Shown here in pieces: positions 1 through 10,891 of a stretch of 64,000 nt of DNA. Origin of the DNA: Schizochytrium sp. TIO01 (lineage: Eukaryota; Protista; Bigyra: Labyrinthulomycetes); contig SMSO01000032.1 of assembly GCA_004764695.1 (NCBI GenBank), forward strand, positions 3,690,483 through 3,754,482. The letters are read 5' to 3'. The position numbers were made by a program, and so were the translations under genes. Under the pieces are notes generated by a model. It made no database searches. It was not told the DNA's origin and saw only the letters and a program-made list of their open reading frames with translations. How positions within the stretch are numbered: position 1 is the stretch's first letter; every line of letters begins with the position of its first letter.

Positions 1-980
1 TTATACTCCTCATAGAGAGCTCGCTTACGTTGTAAGGTACCAGCCCACTCGTTTATGTCTGGTGGAAGATACCCAAGAAGGACTCGCCAATACACAGGAC
101 GATACTTTTCTGCAAGGCCATGAAAGCTAACATGGCGTATAATGTCAAGAGACCCAGACTCCAAGGCATCCACATGACGCTCCAAGATCTGTTCTTGGCG
201 CGATTTACTGCTAACCATTACAAATGTGTCCGTTCCAGCTGGCCCGGATGTGGTTGCCGTTCCCAGTTCAGACTTGTCATCAAAATTTCGAAGTGCTGGA
301 GGAGGGCCATCTTTTCGCAGGAAGGTTAGTTCAAGAGGTCTTTCGTCGCGCAGCTTGGCAAGAACATGTTTGTAGCTTGCATATGTTTCAACGGGCGTAT
401 CATCAATCATAATTAACTGATCATACTTCTGCAGACCACACTCGTGTGCAAGACCTCCAGCTGATACTGATGTGATGAGCACGATGAAGAGCTCCTCTAG
501 TTTATCTGCTCCAGCTGTACGACCATCGATTTCTTGCTGCGCTAGTCCGCGCCCTGGAACTTGTTCATCTTTTCCTTGGCTTTTCCGGTCGTCTTGGTTC
601 TTCGATCCTTGCATGGAATCCTCAAGACAATTAGAGCTCGGTGGCTCTTTAGCAGTAACATTGAGCCTCGCCATCGGTGATGCTCCATTCTTTTTCGCAA
701 TAGCCAATAATTTCCTCGCATCAGGATGTGGGAATGATTTTACTTTGGCTCCAAGTTTGGCATCACGAACGAGCTCGAGTCGTACCAGGGTATCCGGTTT
801 CAGACTTTCGTCAAGCGTTGCACTACTGTTGCTACTGCTGCTGTTGCTACTGCTGCTGTCACTTGCCATTGCGTCTATCGCACTTTTTCCATTCGCAGTT
901 TCACCAGTGGGTTGACTTCTGACAGATTCATCATTCGCAGAGTCCTGCGCAGCCGAATCTCTCTCAACAGTGGTCGTCAT
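1..980 (-). CDS. PDZ-domain + Rab-GAP TBC-domain protein (TBC1D13/TBC1D22-like), 3'-partial, runs off the window
   Basis: Not in the ORF track because there is no stop inside the window. Manual translation from ATG at 980 is open to position 1: MTTTVERDSAAQD...LVRLELVRDAKLGAKV...VLITSVSAGGLAHECGLQKYDQLIMIDDTPVETYASYKHVLAKLRDERPLELTFLR (PDZ-like)...HGLAEKYRPVYWRVLLGYLPPDINEWAGTLQRKRALYEEY (start of a TBC domain, RxxxWxxLLGYLP). Confidence 0.85.
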   Translation of the reverse strand, partial: MTTTVERDSAAQDSANDESVRSQPTGETANGKSAIDAMASDSSSSNSSSSNSSATLDESLKPDTLVRLELVRDAKLGAKVKSFPHPDARKLLAIAKKNGASPMARLNVTAKEPPSSNCLEDSMQGSKNQDDRKSQGKDEQVPGRGLAQQEIDGRTAGADKLEELFIVLITSVSAGGLAHECGLQKYDQLIMIDDTPVETYASYKHVLAKLRDERPLELTFLRKDGPPPALRNFDDKSELGTATTSGPAGTDTFVMVSSKSRQEQILERHVDALESGSLDIIRHVSFHGLAEKYRPVYWRVLLGYLPPDINEWAGTLQRKRALYEEY

Positions 981-1509
981 GGCGCTCTCCTGTTGCCTTG
1001 TTAGCACGATTACTGGCTATTCGAAGTTCCCGGAGTCCTCCAAGCGAGTCGGAGCTCCACGCGCCGACTCAAGCGAACGAGTCTCTGGCTGAAGAGGCGC
1101 AGAGCCAAGGGAGACCCCGGCTGCGCTGTCGTTATGTACTGGCCGCAGCAAAGAAAATGCCGCAGAGGGAGATTCTGAGATTTGATTGCTTTTTCGCAAC
1201 AATGTTATTTTATTTTTTTTCTGTATGTTACTACACTGGATAATTTATTTTTAAAGCATTAAGAGTAAGTCACATAAATAGGGAAATACGTATAACCTAT
1301 TGTACATTTCTAATGATTGTTTGGATTTGCGTGGACTTATTGTATTATTGCTCACCCATATCGCGTTGCAAACTACAGAACTGCTTGCAGCGATCATGAA
1401 AGTGGCGACGCCAATCACACCATCACAATAGCTGAAAGCGAGAGGCATTGTGCGACAGAATCTTTTGCTGAAAAGACCTCAAAACATACGACTCGGTTGC
1501 CGGCGAAAG

Positions 1510-2280
1510 ATGTTTGTACAAGGCGAACTCGATGCAAAAGATGGACCTAGGAGGCATCTTCGAGAGGCAGCAAAAAGGGCTGAGAGCGGGGATCGTGCGG
1601 AAACATTTGTGGGGAATGCAAAACAGGGAACACCCGCTACTTTGAACATCATGCTACCTGAAGTCGTCTCTGAGAACTCTGAAGAGAACCTAAGCAAGGC
1701 ACTCAAGAAAGCAATTGCGATCCTCAGACAAAAATGTGATCTTGTGCAGCAAGATCGAGACCAAGATCAAGGCCTAATTGAGAAACAGGTCGAACGACAA
1801 CAAGCTACATCTCAGCCTGATGACGATAAAGCAGTGACGTGTATATATTTGCTAGCTCGCGAAGCGCTACGCAAACGTACTTCGAGGGAAACCATGCGAA
1901 CAGACCTTCGAGAAATGGGCTTTGATGAGGTATTCGCAAATAAGTTTAGTGAAGGCGTCTATATTTTACAGAGAGATCTCGAAACCAAAGCATTTGCATG
2001 CCGAGTGGGGCATCCACACATTGATGATCTAGCTTGGCAAATTATACCACCAACAACACCACCTGGGAGCGGCGAAACGGGACGGAGCCTTGAAGCAAAA
2101 GTCCATCTTACGATTCGTCTGAGCGACGGGTCAACCAGGTCCCTTGTAGCTGACACCAATGCTCTCCAAGAGCTTCGGTATGCCACAGCAAAGGCACTCG
2201 AACAAGTTCATGAGCTTGAAGCGCATCCAATGATGAGAATTATGGCCTCTATCGAGGCCGATGAGCGACAAGCTCTATAG
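1510..2280 (+). CDS. COMMD5: COMM domain-containing protein, COMMD5-like
   Basis: First ATG of ORF 1450..2280 is at 1510. The C-terminus HPHIDDLAWQI...RSLEAKVHLTIRLSDGSTRSLVADTNALQELRYATAKALEQVHELE matches the COMM domain; LSDG and QELRY are characteristic of COMMD5. Confidence 0.75.
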   Translation: MFVQGELDAKDGPRRHLREAAKRAESGDRAETFVGNAKQGTPATLNIMLPEVVSENSEENLSKALKKAIAILRQKCDLVQQDRDQDQGLIEKQVERQQATSQPDDDKAVTCIYLLAREALRKRTSRETMRTDLREMGFDEVFANKFSEGVYILQRDLETKAFACRVGHPHIDDLAWQIIPPTTPPGSGETGRSLEAKVHLTIRLSDGSTRSLVADTNALQELRYATAKALEQVHELEAHPMMRIMASIEADERQAL

Positions 2281-4562
2281 AGTAAGAATCGCAGTAGATA
2301 CTCAATTCACCAAAGGGTCTGCCCTTGAACCTCATCCAGGCTTCTCAGACTGGGGCAGGTCAGGTCATGATTAGAAACATTCCCAAATCAATCATGGTCT
2401 TGTATTTTGTGATTTCTTTTTGTGAAAAAACGTGTTGTAGACTTTCACTTGAAGCGCGGAGTAGTGCACTGCACGATAATCTCATTTCAGTTTCAAATCC
2501 TTTCCTCATGGCAGAGTCCCTCTTGCAGTAAATGAAGGATATGCAAACGAAACAGCCTTGGTAGATGGCCCGATGATGATTACGGGGGATGCCGACCCAT
2601 GACGCTATTAACTAGTAGCCACTACCTGTAAGGTACTGCCTTTTCAAGTGCCTCGCATCCTGGTGTAGCAACAAAGTAATGCAGTGTCCAGCGCAGATTG
2701 CAGTCGTACAGCAGACATAATTGAATGCTGGTTTCGGCGGTTTCGAGTATTACAAGTTGATATTTATTACTTCTTGACGGAAGTAAGTAAGCGTAGATAG
2801 TTGATTAAAAAATGACTTGAAATCTTTCTAAACGAACCAGCCGTGAGAAGTGCAATGTGGACAATCATCCAAAGTACAAGGTACAATTAAAGAATGAGCG
2901 AAACGCATTCGTGGGATATATGCCAGTGCAATTCTACGTCTCCTGGTAAAGAATCAGTACTTTCCAACCTAGGCGGACAAATCTGGCCACCACCCCAGAA
3001 CTCGAGATCTACTTCTGCCCATGAGAACTTGAGCGGCACGCCTCCGAAAAATCTATCGCAAGTTACTTTAAATTTGCCCCTCGCTCTTCTCCTCCTCCTC
3101 CCAAGCATCTCTCTCAAGTTGCATTCCATACGTTACTCTTCAACGCCTCCGATCACAAGGCCTTCAATAAGACGGTTTTCTTCATCTTCTTCTTCTCACT
3201 TCCATATCAGAACAAGAACATTCAACTTTCAGGAGAACACCGGTAAGTAGAACGATAAGAACGAAGACATCAATCTGGATGTCCTGCTGTATTATATATT
3301 TCAGTCCTAAGAGGCTGGTGTGTACGCTGAAGACGACTCTGTAATAGGAGGCCTTATCAGTATCCAGTAGTGAGTTGAGATGACAATTGCCTACCTCAGA
3401 GTTTCCATGTTCAAGGTTTCGATGGGCAAAACCTTGGCCCAGATCGATCATCATTCATAAACTTCATGGGAATTTGCCTGTGGAGAGTGATATCCTCTCA
3501 GCGTCGTGCCTAATCTCAAAATGCCAGACTGCCTGTCTGGCTAGTTGGCTCGTAAGGCTTGACAGCGGTGGCCACGGAGCGTGCGTCTTGAATTTCTCAC
3601 GACCTTTATACGGGACATCGCCGTTGGAACTGAGACTTGTACCCGATCACTGGAATGGCCAACCGCGTGCACGATTTCCTCTCACGCATTGCTCTGCGAA
3701 CGCCTCACGAAGCCGAGTCGACCTTCAAGTTGCCTGCACACTGTCTCTCCCGTCTTCGACGCCGTTTCTTTAGGCGACCCGAGCTCAGCTCCACGAGTCG
3801 AGGTGAGTTGGCTTGCATGGGTGAGTCTTGAGTCATCAACATCGTTTTGCAGGCACTTCAGAGTGTCTGAACCGGCAAGCCTGTATCGCCAGCCTTTTTC
3901 CACGACAGCTCTCCGAGGTTCCCTCTTTTGAAGAATCTTGGACGTCTTGCAAACTTGTTTATTCTTCATTCAATGATCGTTGGCGCATTTTTTGAGATCT
4001 CATCGCGATCCCTCCCAAGCTTTCATAGCGGGACTTCTTCGCATGTGCCTTCAGCTGCACCGAACGATGGTTTCTGCACATCTTTGAAAAACGACTACAG
4101 CTGTTTGACAAGCAAATTCTCATAGAAAGCTAGTTTACTTTGGCCGGCTCGCCAATCATCCAGCCTGCATCTTCAACTATTAGTTGAGGCTTCCGTATCT
4201 GCAAGTTGGAATTACCAGTTACCTTTAAGGACTCGGTCTGCTTCTGCAGGTAGGTAGGTACCCCCGTCTGGAGTCCTTAGCACCTACATGGTTCAAACTC
4301 ATAGAGATCTGCACTTGTAAGAACTTTGGCTTATTAGGTATATTGGGCTGGCCATCTGACCATAGGAGCAAAAGTTCTCATCAAGAACAAATGCCTTTTA
4401 GGGGCCAGCAAAACCGCAACGAACGGAGCAGCTTAGGTCGAAAGAAGCAAACTAGCAAACAGACCTTGAATTAACATTGTAGGGAACAACACGCTAGCCG
4501 CAGAACAGAAACCAGATTAGGGCCGACCGATTCGTACTTGCGAAAGTCTGCTGCTGAAGAAG

Positions 4563-4826
4563 ATGACTCGCCGACTTGCTGTGAACACAAGCGCACCGTT
4601 GCAGAGGCGCAAGTCGCTCCAGGAGTGCGATGAGCAGTGCCTTGGTAAGATTAGGGTAACACCCAAAATGATCTGCTTGACTGGAGATGCACGCCTTGTG
4701 CCCCTCAAAGCACGACGCATTCTAGGCATTGACGACTCTGTGCAAAGCCCGCGCTCTGCACGCGGTGATCGTCGACTCTCACGGTTTCTTCGATCCCTCT
4801 CAGGTGCCACTCCTGCTGCTGCTTGA
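4563..4826 (+). CDS. Possible small hypothetical protein (87 aa)
   Basis: ATG-initiated ORF in a GC-richer patch with protein-like sequence (...LVPLKARRILGIDDS...). No family recognised. Confidence 0.3.
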   Translation: MTRRLAVNTSAPLQRRKSLQECDEQCLGKIRVTPKMICLTGDARLVPLKARRILGIDDSVQSPRSARGDRRLSRFLRSLSGATPAAA

Positions 4827-7800
4827 GCTCGGGCCTCACGTACCGTGACAAGAGTATTGTAGTACCTAGCTCAAATTGTGTTACCGGTGTTCCCCTTCAT
4901 CCCATGATACAATAGGACATGAGGAACTCATGTTGAAGAGAAAGAAAGTTCATGAGTCTCGTCTCGTGACATTGTGTTCCGGCAAACCGCTCGCTGTCTA
5001 CTACTACAATGCATTCATCCGTAGCTCACTTGCAACTGGCATTTTAAGGTCACAGCAAATTAATCATCTGTTCACAATAGCAATTCAACACTCGTCAGTA
5101 TCCTAAATTCTAGCTGTTCCACTTTTCTATCATTTGACAAATATTATTTTCCTTTCTTTAAAACTAAATCAACGCTTTGCATTTTATTAAGCCTTGCATA
5201 TGTGTTCCCCAATATGGCATTTTCTTTAAAATCTATAAATTTGTGAATTGTCAATTCGTTGTACATTCATTCATTCATCTTGTGCGTCATCATAGAGTTG
5301 TTGCTGTTCGTTCTCAGCAAGCACATGATTTGCACAAGACAGGAGCCGATATAAGCTTGAGCAAACAACGGTGAATAAGGATAGGCAGGATTAGAATAAT
5401 CAAATACTGAAGTGGCACTGACTTGGTCAACTTTAACTGTATTCTGATACGCCTCTTGAATTAGAGAATAGGGTTTAAGGATAGTTTTCATGAATAAATG
5501 AATTTCAAAGTCTTGCATGTGACTTACATAGCTGACCACACAATTCGACGTGCTCCTCCTCGGATGACCAGTAAGCTCATACCGAAGACAAGTGCAGAAT
5601 TTGGATACCTATCTCCCACACGCTACTACAGCAAGTGAAACAGAATACTAGTTGTGATTGCGTTCTCAAAATTGCACTTCAGCGAAAAGTGCAGATGCCA
5701 GAAGCTATGTGGAGGTTAGCATCAGCCATGGGTGTTACTTAAACTTTTATGACTTAGTCATTCCTTGTTGCGTTATTATGCATCGCCTGTAGCCGTGGAA
5801 TACTGGTATACTTAAAAATAACAACTCAAGCGCGTGGGAGGGGGAAATCTTAGATTCAAAATTCTTTGGCCGGGTGCAGTCAGTGGCTTTCCACCTGTTT
5901 ACCATCACGGTGTTCGTTTTAATTTCTCTGCATAGTTTTACTGCTTTCAAGTCCAAGCAACAATCTTTCAACTTGGTGTTCAGTTCTGGTTTATGTTTTA
6001 TATCCAGGTTCGCAATAACAATGCTAATAGCCTGCTGGCTAAGCCAGAGAATACACACCGGAATACCACCACGTGCTGCCGGATCAAGTTCTGAATTTCA
6101 AGTGTTCTACTCAATTCTTCCCTTCTCTGCTTTTCTTTTCGGAAAGAATGGAATTGCAAATACCAAGTGGAAAGCATACTGCACAAATACCACCCATCAT
6201 GAACAGCAGTGGCTCGAGTTGTGAAAATGGACAGCAGCATAGCAACAGGGAAGCATGGATCCTAAAATGATCTTGAGTCCTTCGTTTAATCGATTGGTTG
6301 CAAGCAACCTTTAAAAAGGTTTTGGACGATGTGCAAGAAAGAAATTACAGCGACCATACCGTCAGTATTCGACCTTTCAAACCATACTCTGTTAAAAAGT
6401 ACCTTGTTTTGTGCCAAGCTTGTCTTGCATGTCATCCGGCTGCCGAATAGTTTGTTACCAAACGTTGCTTTGGACCCATGATACTGCTTTTGACGATATT
6501 CTGGCAATCATGAAGACCATAGAATCTTTCAATCTCTTTTAAAAATCTGAAATGAAATTATAATTTATATTTTTAAAATAAACAAAAAAACTAAACTAAA
6601 TAGAAATAGTGTTATGGCTTAATGGTTGAAAATCTATAACTTTATTCGTGTTAACTGAATGTTTTTTTGTTTTTTTTTTTTTAAATTAAAATTAAATCAT
6701 CGTAGTAAAAAAGTTTACTTTTGTTGCAAAGCAAAGTGTTAGGTCCTCACAGACCATATACGTCCGGACAATCGAACGCAAGAACACAGAACTGAGAAAC
6801 CAACCAGCCACTGTTTAGAGCCGCACAGCCTCACAGGCGAGCCCTGGACGACTGCACTGTGGCCATAGAAATACGAAGAAGTCCGTCACTTCACCCTAAA
6901 CCAATCCCGGATTGCAATCTTTCGTAGCACACCATTCATTCATTGCGGTCCACTGGCAACCCAGCACGAGAGGGCATTGTACTTTAAGAAGTGGAGCTTA
7001 AATGCCATCAGATACAGTATGCATGAGTGCGTGCATTCATGCAAGTAAGTAAAGCTCTGCAAGCATTCTTGCATAGCTCAAGAGCAAGTACAGCAGCGGT
7101 GGTTTTATGTTGTGGTGAAGAAACTTGTCAACACGCCAATCGACCTTCGCGGGGGTTGCGTTCTCAGCAGACCTGACGCCGTCGAAATGGCGCTATGTAG
7201 ATAATCTGCATGTGCGCTGTCAGGAGACGGTAGGACTGCTTCAAACCATCATGCTCGGAAGTTATTCCAGGAAGAAGTCATTTATTTCATGCTGCGAGTT
7301 GGCACCTTTTCCTCCTCCCTTTCATGCTTAAGCCTGCTTTTCTGTTCTGTTCTTCTTTTCTCTTCTTTCCTTTCCTTCTCTCTGCACATGATGAGTAAGG
7401 AAGGAAGTGAATAGTTTTTCAATGAAATGAAATGAAAAGAAAAGGACTTTCTTGCTTATCTGTCTTGCAGAAGTGATTATCAATATAGTTAATCCCTTGG
7501 AGGAGGAGAAGAACGATCAGCTGCGCTCCTTCTGGGCGGCCTCAGCGATTCGTTTGGATGGTTGATTGATAGTGATAGATTGATTGATTGACCTGACCTG
7601 TTCTTCGTCGAAATCAAATGAATTGCACTACCTACAGAGACACGAAGAAGAAGACTTCTGCCACATCTTCATCGCCGTCGTCATCATCATCGCCGTCGCC
7701 ATTATCTCTGTGATCGTATCCAACTTCTTGAAAAGTGCTCCTCGCCCCAATCGCAGCTCCTCGCACGTATCGCCATCAGCCCTGTGCACCACAGAAGTTG

Positions 7801-8319
7801 TCCATGGCGATGCATGTCCATCTCGTGCTCCATCCACGAAAGAGGGTCTGTCACAGGTGCCATGCATGGATGATGATGATCTGATTGTTGTTGTTTACCC
7901 GTCGGTTTCTGTGTCCGTACACATCGATTGCTCCGCTTTCGTGCAAGCTCGTGAAGGAGGCCTCGCTCGCTCGCTCGCTCCCTCGCCATGGCGCATGCCG
8001 TCTTGGAATGCATGCTTGGGCGGTCTGCGGCTGGTGGCTGCCGGGCCCAGCGAAAGCATCGTGGATGTCGTCGATGGCAGCGTGAGGTGGTTCTTCTTCT
8101 TCTTCTTCTTCTTCTTCTGCGGGCACTTGCGCTCAGCGCATCCGCAAATGCATTTTTCTGTAGATTCGTTCGCCATTCATGCTTCACGAGTCAACTCGTG
8201 ATTCGCAATTCGCAGCAATTCACTCATTCTGCACTCATCGTCGATGGACTTTGCAATCGTTGATAAAATTGCAAAGGACAGACTTACTTATTCTAACAAC
8301 ACTTCGATCCTTAGGAACA

Positions 8320-8358
<39 letters not shown>

Positions 8359-10853
8359 TTCTCTCGGTCAAACCATCGACTTTTTGGCTTTTTTGCTGCT
8401 TTCTTCTCATCTGTCGCCTTCTTCGTCGAAGGAAAGAATCTTTCCCCGAACCATTTCGATTGCTTGATCAATCGATTGCTTTGCGGTGAGGAGGTCATGA
8501 GTGTATGTATCGTGGGTGTAAATCGCAAGCGAGGTTGAATGCTTCCAGTGCTTTTCATCGTGGTTGCCTTTTTGGAGAGCAGAGTGCCTTCTTTGTTTCA
8601 AGTCTTTTCAAAGTTCGGCGGTGTTGACGAGCGCAATGGAACATAGAGTATTATATCTAAGTTAATTAAACATGTTATTGTTGCTGTTCTTTTTTAGTGA
8701 GTTAAATGAAAAGACTACATTATTCTAAATTTAGTTTTAAATTAAAATTAAAATTAAAACGTGTTGCGGTCCCAACTAAACGAAGCCTCTTAGGATGTAG
8801 GTATCTATCTCTCTCTTCGTTGTGCTTCGAGTAGTGTGCGTTAACCTCAAGCCGCCCTGAGACCGCAGTCAGACAGGTCTTCGAGACAACCGCCGTTTCG
8901 GATTGATCGTTACCTGTCTTATTTTCAATAGGCCTCGGTAGATGAAACGCAGCGCTCACTGAGAGGAGATTCCTCGGCCTTGCACGAAGAGGTTTCACAC
9001 TCAACTGATATTATTCATGAAATTGTTATTATTATTATCATTATTTTTTATTTTTTTATTTTTTAATAGAAGTCAGGACAGAAAATGTCCGTTCTTCTGC
9101 ATCGCGCGTACTTTTGCAAGATCTCATAGCAATAAATAAACTGACACCGCCCATTACTTGCCTCAAGCACGAGAATGAACTTGGGAACGGTCTTGCGCTC
9201 AGCCAAAGCCGAGACTTATGATTTTCTTGGGCCCTCCTACTACCTACAGTGTTGCGTAGATCATCTTCTCGCATTTCGTCTCCCCTCATTTGTACTTGTC
9301 CGTATTTTGCCTCTTTCATCGTTTTCATATATTTTTGTTTTATTATTTAATCATCATAAAATCATTCATAATTTTCGTTTATTTTTATACGAGTGGGAGA
9401 AAAGAAAGGAACAAAAGGTATGTATACGAAGTCCGCCAGAAAAGCCAATTCATCTCACAAACAAAAACAGAACACCACGGGGACTCCCCATTACCCTCAA
9501 CTCTACCAGTTTCCGCTACGCTGCTGTTCTTTCCTTTCCTTCCTCACCATTTCGCGGCTGAATCAACAAAAGTAAAAATAGTAAGTAACCATAAATGAGG
9601 GAATCATTCTTTATTTATCTATTTATTTATTTGTTTATTTATGTAATTAATTAATTAATCGAATAATCAATTAATTAATCCCGCGGCAACGTGGCCGAAC
9701 CTCGCGAGGAATTGCAATTCAGCACAAGCGCAGACACACACGCCGCCAAGCACCGCTGCCTTCCTGGCTGCCTGCCTACTGCCTCCCTCTCTGCGCAGCC
9801 ATCCATCAGACCCTCGCGTGGCACAGATGCGCAACTTGGCTTGCATCGGCCTCGAGGCAGCCACTATGAATCGAGCTCTGCCAAACGAGGCCTCTCTCTC
9901 TCTGCGGAGAGCTATGGACAGCTAAATAAATAAATAAATAAATAAACCAATAAATAAATAAACAAATAAATGAACAAATAAATGAATAAATGTGTGACAC
10001 ATGATATGCGATACATATAAACATACTTTTACATATATATATGTACATTCATAAGTATATATATCGTAAGTTATGAATTGTACAGCGCATTCTGTGATTA
10101 TCTTGTTTTGTAAATATTGTGTACGATCGCCATTCTTGTCGATGAAGGTGTTCTACGCTTCGAAGAACCAGATGGTCTTGAGGTTGAGAGGATGGCCGGG
10201 ATAAGAGCTGAGAACAGACTCCTGTGTAGGCGGACCTGCTCTGTGAAGACCCACTCACTCGCTCCTCGAGGGTGAGGGAAACAGCTTGCGAGGTTATGTT
10301 GTTTGTGTAATTAATCTTATGTTATTTGTGAGCCGCAGAAAGCAAGGGCTCGGACTCGGACTTGGAATGAATCAACTGCGAGCTGCTGCCTGGCTAGCGA
10401 AGGAACCGTGAAAAGCAGCGTTGGTGTGTGCAAACCAAGGTACGTGAGCAGCGGTGAGCGTGAGTTTGTTTCTTCACTTAGCTATTCATTCATTTATCCA
10501 TTTATTCATTTATTCATTTGTTCATTTATTCATTTATTCATGAATTCATCCGTTCGTTTATAAAAGAGAAGCTTGTTTTGGATTAGTTGAACGCAATAGG
10601 GCACCAGTACGATGGGGAAAGAAGAAGAACAGTGGGAGTGGCGTGGCTAGAGTAGACGTTAGGGGCTCTCTAGCGCGGTCGGTCTGGCGAGGCTCAGAGG
10701 ACTATTTTGAAATTGCGTTCTCTAAGGTTGAGGCGTCTTAAGGAGGGCCCGTTCTCTCGCCGTTCTCTCCGGGTCCTCGCTCTGGCAGTAGGTAGCACTC
10801 ACTAGTGGTAGCCTAAGCTAGCTAGCTACCTTCCTAAGAGATTTTAACTTCCT

Positions 10854-10854
<1 letters not shown>

Positions 10855-10890
<36 letters not shown>
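10855..10890. repeat. (TCAA)9 microsatellite
   Basis: Read directly from the sequence. Confidence 0.95.

Positions 10891-10891
<1 letters not shown>

Noticed and set aside
472-915. 147-aa plus-strand ORF
   Set aside because: Antisense shadow of the PDZ-TBC gene.
7584-8558. Cluster of overlapping 80-205 aa ORFs on both strands
   Set aside because: GC-rich, low-complexity sequence with simple repeats; no frame resembles a known family and most lack an ATG start.
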